DNA of 64,000 bases from a virus. Below, one piece after another: positions 58,883 through 64,000 of the stretch. A model generated the notes under the pieces. It was given only the letters and a program-made list of their open reading frames with translations. It did not search any database and was not told the origin of the DNA. The position numbers were made by a program, and so were the translations under genes. The stretch is from positions 96,001 to 160,000 of IMG/VR virus record IMGVR_UViG_3300049427_000004; one strand, given 5' to 3'. The stretch's first letter is position 1, and each line of letters begins with the position of its first letter.

Positions 58883-59458
58883 TTGGAACTACCTGACGAT
58901 TACTCAATAAAAGTTCTTTCAAAAGGTGATACCGTTAAGGATTTTGACTGTTTTAATCCTTCATCTTACATAGAAATTGAAAAAAGAAGGCTGAAGATAA
59001 TTAGGCGGCTTGATCAAGATATGACCTTGTTCTTAGCCAGAGGTGATGCATTGAAAGAACAAGAATCTTCATTGAATACAACATCTTTGCTGCTTTATAA
59101 TGATAAAGCCGTTGGATATGTTTCACTTTGTGCTGATAGTCTTCAATTAAAATCCAAATTTTCATCACAGATAACACCTGCTTTAAAAGTTGCAAGATTA
59201 GCAATTGATAAGAACTTCCAAAATAAAGGTTTAGCAAAATTACTAATTAACTATGCTGTTTATAAAGCATTGATAATGAGAATTGAATTTTGTGGAGTTA
59301 AATTTTTAACACTGGATTGTTTTAGGCATAGACTTAGTTACTACACTGACAATATTGGTTTCAAAAAGAATGATTATCAAGGAAATCAAGGTGATATGGA
59401 TCTTCCTTTTAGTTTAAGTTTAGATATTGATGAATATATTGAGTCTAGTCCAATGTAA
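58883..59458 (+). CDS. GNAT acetyltransferase, AtaT/TacT-like toxin
   Basis: VKDFDC, AVGYVSL, PALKVARLAIDKNFQNKGLA, FLTLDC..YY...GF; terminator follows. Confidence 0.8.
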   Translation: MELPDDYSIKVLSKGDTVKDFDCFNPSSYIEIEKRRLKIIRRLDQDMTLFLARGDALKEQESSLNTTSLLLYNDKAVGYVSLCADSLQLKSKFSSQITPALKVARLAIDKNFQNKGLAKLLINYAVYKALIMRIEFCGVKFLTLDCFRHRLSYYTDNIGFKKNDYQGNQGDMDLPFSLSLDIDEYIESSPM

Positions 59459-59581
59459 AGTCACTCTCCAGCAGAGTGGCTTTTTTGTTGTGTGGAGATA
59501 TTTGAATAATAATATGACAAAAGCCCCTAACTTTGAGTTGGAGGCTTTTGTTGTGATTGGTATTATTGAACGAAATTAATT

Positions 59582-60115
59582 CTATCGAGAATTCTGCTCA
59601 TCTTCATAATTTTTATCATGAGAAGCCTTCAAGGCATCATCATTAATTTCTTTAGAAGCAGTATTCTCTAATAATGTAACCGCAGTATTATTTATTGTTT
59701 TGGATGAGTTATCTATCGCATCTTCTACCACCGAACTAAATTTAATTAAGTCACTCTGCATTTTAGCGATTTGTTCTTGAATTTCACGAAATACTAAAGG
59801 TGGGGAAAAAGAACTGGCATACAGTTCCTCAGTTAACTCTATATGTCTTTCTTTTTTTACGAATTCTTTACCTTTGAGTATCCAGTCAGTAGAAACGTTG
59901 AAGAAATCTGAGAGGGCAATAATAATATCAGCACTTGGATTGTTTTTATCGTTTTCTATATTCGAGACAGTTGCTGAAGTAATTGTCTTTGTCAAATAAG
60001 CTTTTGGCGAGTTTGTGGGTACTGGTATAGGTATATGAATATTTCTAGCTAATTCATCCATAGACAAACCTTTATTATGTCTTAAGTCGCGAATTCTCTG
60101 TCCAATTGTACTCAC
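59582..60115 (-). CDS. XRE-family repressor with an insertion inside the HTH
   Basis: IGQRIRDLRHNKGLSMDELA...SATVSNIENDKNNPSADIIIALSDFFNVSTDWILKG. Confidence 0.8.
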   Translation of the reverse strand: MSTIGQRIRDLRHNKGLSMDELARNIHIPIPVPTNSPKAYLTKTITSATVSNIENDKNNPSADIIIALSDFFNVSTDWILKGKEFVKKERHIELTEELYASSFSPPLVFREIQEQIAKMQSDLIKFSSVVEDAIDNSSKTINNTAVTLLENTASKEINDDALKASHDKNYEDEQNSR

Positions 60116-60232
60116 ATTGATTCACATCCCTTTTTTATAACTAAAACAATAATATAAAATATTTAAATTCTAGTCAATAAAATCATATTAAATGACACTA
60201 AATATTTTCATTAAAAATATGTCTAGAAACTA

Positions 60233-60262
60233 TTGACATCTTGTAAGTATTTTTAGTATATT
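60233..60262 (+). promoter_or_regulatory. sigmaA promoter divergent from the XRE gene, with AAATATTT-type operator repeats
   Basis: TTGACA-18-TATATT; AAATATTT / AAGTATTT repeated between ~60155 and 60290. Confidence 0.6.
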
Positions 60263-60354
60263 GATTGCAGGAGGTTAGTAAATATTTTTAACAACACTAA
60301 CTTCTTTTATGATTATACACCATTTGCTCAATTATATAAAGGGAGATGTTCACA

Positions 60355-60780
60355 ATGTCTAACGATTACGACATCATCATCAATCTATCTGACAACATGG
60401 GGAACTCAAAAGAAGAATTGCTTTCATACATAGAGTATTTCAATGAAAATACTTCATCTGCTTACGAAGATGTAAAATTCCTTGTACAAACGCAGGAAAA
60501 TTTGAACATGTGGTTTGAGTTCTGGAATGGTAATTCAGAGGAAGTAGATGAAACAAACTGGAAGCTTAGAGAATGGAAGATTAAACAGCATTTGGGTAGC
60601 TATGAAGAGTTTAATGACTTACTGATGATTGATCAAGAGGACTTTATAGTTACATACTTCCAACAAGCAGCAAGCCAAAGAACAATGTGGGAGTTAAATC
60701 GAGTGTTGGGCGAGATGAATGTTAGGGAATTGTGGCAGATACATAGTAAGTATCCGATGAGTAGGATTGAGTATTTGTAA
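60355..60780 (+). CDS. hypothetical acidic protein
   Basis: ATG 60355 behind AAGGGAG. Confidence 0.6.
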   Translation: MSNDYDIIINLSDNMGNSKEELLSYIEYFNENTSSAYEDVKFLVQTQENLNMWFEFWNGNSEEVDETNWKLREWKIKQHLGSYEEFNDLLMIDQEDFIVTYFQQAASQRTMWELNRVLGEMNVRELWQIHSKYPMSRIEYL

Positions 60781-60922
60781 GGAAGTTGAGGATGTTATTT
60801 ATAAGTTTTCCATAGGTAGGTCGTGTCTAGCTAATAGAATTGACAAGGGCAGATACATCCCACTGCCCTTCTGTGGATTTATTATTGGGATAAATAGAGA
60901 GAAATATGGGAGCGGTTAATGG

Positions 60923-61975
60923 ATGCTATTGACGAGTATAGTGATGGTGAAATGGAATCCGAAAAATAGAATATTCTACGAAGAAAAAGGTTATGTATTT
61001 ACGAAATATCGGGATACATTTGATGTGAGAATTGACGATTTAGCTCACGGGAGTCATGAAAAAATAGAATGCCTATGTGACTATTGTGGAGAAAAAATAG
61101 TGAAATCATATAAAACGTACACATCACGCTTAAAAGAGCAGATAATAAAAAAAGACGCTTGTAATAAATGCCAAAAATACAAAGTGTCGGATTGTTTAAT
61201 TATTAGATATGGTGTTGACAATATTAGAAAAATAAACGGAGTTAATGAAAAAATAAAAATGACTACTTTCAACACATATGGTGTTGAACATAATTCGCAA
61301 TCTGAGAAAATAAAAGAAAAAAAGAAAACAACAAACTTAAAAAACTTCGGTGTCGATCATATTTTTAAAGATCCAAAAATAAGAGAAAATAGGAAAAAGA
61401 CTTTCATAGATAAATTTGGTGCAGATAATCCAATGAAAAATAAAAATGTGCAATTGAAGGCACATACCACTAATATAATTAGATATGGTTTTAAAAGTCC
61501 ATCACAAAACCCAGAAATTCAAGCGAAGCAAAGAAAGTCCCTTTATGAGAATAACACTGCACCATCGTCGAAACAACAAAGATACATTCACCATGTCATT
61601 GGCGGAGAAATCAATTATCCAGAAAAGAATATTTCATTAGATATAGCTTTTTTAGATGAAAAAATATACTTCGAATATGATGGAGGTGGACATGGATTAG
61701 CAGTCACCTTTGGGACATATACAGAAGAAGAATATCGAAAAAAAGAACAAAGAAGGTTTTACGCCTTAATGCGTTTAGGTTGGAGAGAGATTAGACTTAA
61801 AAGTAAAAAAGATAGGTTGCCATCAAAAGAAAAATTATTAGAAATTATGGTGTATGCAAAAAAATATTTGATTGATGAAAATCGTCATTATATCAGATTC
61901 GATGTGGATGAAAATATAATAAAAACCAGTCAATACGAAAAATATTTTGATTTTGGTGATATTGCAATCATTTAA
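60923..61975 (+). CDS. putative homing endonuclease: zinc finger, YGVxNxxQ repeats, C-terminal Vsr/DUF559-like nuclease
   Basis: CLCDYCG..CNKC; YGVDNI, YGVEHNSQ, FGVDHI, FGADNPM, YGFKSPSQ; LDIAF..IYFEYDGGGH. Confidence 0.7.
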   Translation: MLLTSIVMVKWNPKNRIFYEEKGYVFTKYRDTFDVRIDDLAHGSHEKIECLCDYCGEKIVKSYKTYTSRLKEQIIKKDACNKCQKYKVSDCLIIRYGVDNIRKINGVNEKIKMTTFNTYGVEHNSQSEKIKEKKKTTNLKNFGVDHIFKDPKIRENRKKTFIDKFGADNPMKNKNVQLKAHTTNIIRYGFKSPSQNPEIQAKQRKSLYENNTAPSSKQQRYIHHVIGGEINYPEKNISLDIAFLDEKIYFEYDGGGHGLAVTFGTYTEEEYRKKEQRRFYALMRLGWREIRLKSKKDRLPSKEKLLEIMVYAKKYLIDENRHYIRFDVDENIIKTSQYEKYFDFGDIAII

Positions 61976-62045
61976 ACAATTCCTCCCACTGACCCTTATT
62001 ATATTGTATAATGTTTACAATACAATTAAAGGGGCGGTGTTTATT

Positions 62046-62558
62046 ATACGTCATTCAGTTCTACTTCTACTCATGATTTTTATTCTTGTCTTCTCTGGTT
62101 GTTCCAATCTTAATCCAAATAATAAAACGACAAATACAGATAACGAGTACAGCAGCCTAATTGCACAAGCAAAAGAATTGGATAAACAAGGTAAACCAGA
62201 AGAAGCATTTGACGTAATTGCAAAATTAGTCATAAAGACAGAAGATATGGAATTCTTAACAAGTCTACTCGATCAGATTAATAAAGTTGAAGTGCCATTG
62301 GTTATCACAGGGCAATCCTCCAAACGTGATGGTGAGTATATGGTTACAAAAGGATCGCTTAAGAACGATAGCACTGATACATTCGATAATGTAAAGGTGA
62401 AAGTAATCTTTTCAGATGACGCTGGTAATGTAGTTGATACTGATTGGACTTATGCTGTTGATTCAGTAGGAATAAAACCAAATGAATCCAAACAGTTTGA
62501 GTTGATGACAAAATATGTTAAAGGTATGAGTAAGGTTAAGTTTGAAATAATTCAATAA
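62046..62558 (+). CDS. lipoprotein with FxLYD-like domain
   Basis: Lipobox LVFSGC; VTKGSLKND..VKVKVIFSDDAGNVVDTDWTY..IKPNESKQFE; probable ATA start. Confidence 0.75.
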   Translation: MRHSVLLLLMIFILVFSGCSNLNPNNKTTNTDNEYSSLIAQAKELDKQGKPEEAFDVIAKLVIKTEDMEFLTSLLDQINKVEVPLVITGQSSKRDGEYMVTKGSLKNDSTDTFDNVKVKVIFSDDAGNVVDTDWTYAVDSVGIKPNESKQFELMTKYVKGMSKVKFEIIQ

Positions 62559-62570
62559 AAACTATTAACA

Positions 62571-62598
62571 AGGGTGCTCACTATGGGCACTCTTTTTT
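62571..62598 (+). terminator. rho-independent terminator
   Basis: AGGGTGCTCA-cta-TGGGCACTCT plus T run. Confidence 0.7.
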
Positions 62599-62624
62599 GT
62601 TGTCTTGAAAAGGAGTGATATACA

Positions 62625-64000
62625 ATGAGCAATGACGTAAGGATTTTATTAAAAGCAGATTTAAACAAGGGATTGTCGATCAACGAAATCAACAAGTCAA
62701 TTAAAGAAATCCAGAAGTCGGATTCCTTACAAAAAATAAAAATAAAAGTTGATATTGATCAGAAGTTTACACAGTCAATTAATAGCTTTATTTCTGCTGT
62801 TTCTAAAATGAAGAAAATTAGTGATGAACAGTCTAAGGTTGTTAATCAGGTACAAACCGTTTACAAGGAATTAGATGGGTCAATAAAAACCACAACGCAA
62901 ACCATTCTTAAGAATGGTGAAATTCTAACAAAAACTAAAGTCGTACATGATGCCACCAGAAAAATAATTCAGGATGAATCGAATGCAGTTGCAAATTTGA
63001 CTGAAAATGTTAAAAAATTAAATTCTGCTGATTTAGACTCAATAAAGGTACTTAAGAATAAGACAGGTGCAATAACAAGCTACAATGTTAAATCTTCGCA
63101 AGGTTACACGTTGACCAATAATAGAATTGGTGCAGATGGTCAAACAATGATCAACTCATCAATTACTACCAATTATAAGAAACAACGTGAAGATCAGTTG
63201 CGTGAACAAGCAAGACTAAATAAAGCTACCGAGGCGCTGGATAGAGACCATTTTAATGCACTCAAAAGTAACCAAAAACGCAAAGAAGATATGGAAAAGT
63301 TACATTACCTTGCATTACAACAGAATAGGCAAAGAGATATTACTTTTCAGCAATCAATTGCAAGTCAACAAGCAAAAATTAATGATACAATGCGTAGGTT
63401 TGGAACTGATTCAAATGTAAAAAATCAATTACAACAACTTAATACTCAATTAAATAATGTCAAACCAATTGGTAATTACAAAAATGCATTAAAAGATTTA
63501 GATATTCAATTGAAGAATATTGTTGCTTCTGTGAAAACTTCTGGCTCGCATATTGATAAGATGGCGCAAGCCTTTTCTCAGGCTATGACAAAATTTCCGA
63601 TATGGATGTTATCAGCAACACTTTTCTATGCTCCAATTAGAGCACTTCAGGATATGACACAGACAATAATTCAAGTTGATACTCAAATGACTCAATTGAA
63701 ACGAGTAATGGATCAAGACACAAACTTTGACAATATGATGAAGAGTGCAATTGATCTTAGTACCCAATTAGGTCGCTCAATTGGAGATACGATGGAAAAC
63801 ATGATTGGCTTCGCACGCCAAGGATTTGATGAGATCGAGTCTACAAATTTAGCACAGACTTCTTTACTCCTTCAAAATATCTCGGAGTTGAAACCTCAAG
63901 AATCAATTGATGCTTTAACATCGGCAATGATAGTATTCAATATTGAATCGAGTAAGAGTATAGAAATTGCGAACAAGCTCAATGAAATTGATAACAATTA
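62625..64000 (+). CDS. tail tape measure protein (5' part, runs off the window; YomI-like)
   Basis: ATG 62625 behind AAGGAGTGA, open to the window end; KFPIWMLSAT..VDTQMTQLKRVM..FARQGF..IANKLNEIDNN, typical TP901-family tape measure core. Confidence 0.85.
   Translation, partial: MSNDVRILLKADLNKGLSINEINKSIKEIQKSDSLQKIKIKVDIDQKFTQSINSFISAVSKMKKISDEQSKVVNQVQTVYKELDGSIKTTTQTILKNGEILTKTKVVHDATRKIIQDESNAVANLTENVKKLNSADLDSIKVLKNKTGAITSYNVKSSQGYTLTNNRIGADGQTMINSSITTNYKKQREDQLREQARLNKATEALDRDHFNALKSNQKRKEDMEKLHYLALQQNRQRDITFQQSIASQQAKINDTMRRFGTDSNVKNQLQQLNTQLNNVKPIGNYKNALKDLDIQLKNIVASVKTSGSHIDKMAQAFSQAMTKFPIWMLSATLFYAPIRALQDMTQTIIQVDTQMTQLKRVMDQDTNFDNMMKSAIDLSTQLGRSIGDTMENMIGFARQGFDEIESTNLAQTSLLLQNISELKPQESIDALTSAMIVFNIESSKSIEIANKLNEIDNN

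Larger units (their letters stand above)
1..64000. mobile_element. SPbeta-like large temperate phage / phage-plasmid (partial)
   Basis: Gene order RNAP(YonO-like)-HU-metallophosphoesterase-terminase-portal-prohead-capsid-head/tail-integrase-accessory-tape measure matches the SPbeta yonO..yomI layout; no host core genes seen. Confidence 0.9.

Noticed and set aside
60269-60340. SD AGGAGGT followed by ATA/ATT as a possible leader peptide
   Set aside because: Two alternative frames and no independent support; overlaps operator-like repeats.
1-64000. CRISPR array, reverse transcriptase/DGR, IS elements, rRNA/tRNA; numerous antisense shadow ORFs in the track
   Set aside because: No regularly spaced repeat-spacer array, RT motif, transposase or RNA-gene signature seen; shadow ORFs overlap well-supported genes on the other strand or frame and lack SDs.

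Overview
The whole window is phage DNA from a large SPbeta-like temperate phage or phage-plasmid of an AT-rich endospore-forming Bacillota host (Bacillales-like). No host housekeeping genes, tRNA, rRNA or CRISPR array are visible. Left arm (1-18.7 kb, mostly minus strand): early/accessory and replication genes. These include a large N6-adenine DNA methyltransferase, a beta sliding clamp, an RHH switch, a DUF4258/zinc-finger-HTH toxin-antitoxin pair, two tandem winged-helix Rep-like genes, a RecD2 helicase broken by one in-frame TAA, an HNH/AP2 endonuclease and a tyrosine recombinase. The two Rep-like genes flank a 1.5-kb non-coding locus with extreme mirrored G/C skew and iterons. Centre (18.5-24.1 kb): a sigmaG-type promoter-driven HTH gene, a tubR-tubZ-like partition operon, and a minimal pilin-like + pilin-like + P-loop ATPase membrane module. 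Then a YonO-type single-subunit RNA polymerase operon. Late region (29.4-48.5 kb): HU, PhoH, metallophosphoesterase, ClpP, a hairpin-rich non-coding stretch, terminase, portal, prohead, capsid, head-tail and tail genes, a Rha antirepressor and a second tyrosine recombinase. An accessory island (48.6-62.6 kb) carries a depolymerase-like spike module, an O-acyltransferase, a GNAT toxin-antitoxin pair, an XRE switch, an endonuclease and a lipoprotein. The window ends inside the tape measure gene. Best leads: the TubRZ + mini secretion-ATPase module with a forespore-sigma promoter, the mirrored-skew origin/terminus locus, an internal ribosomal-protein-L27-type Prp cleavage motif in an early protein, a candidate structured ncRNA before the terminase, and several genes apparently starting at ATA/ATT. 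All family calls are by motif recognition only; no searches were run.
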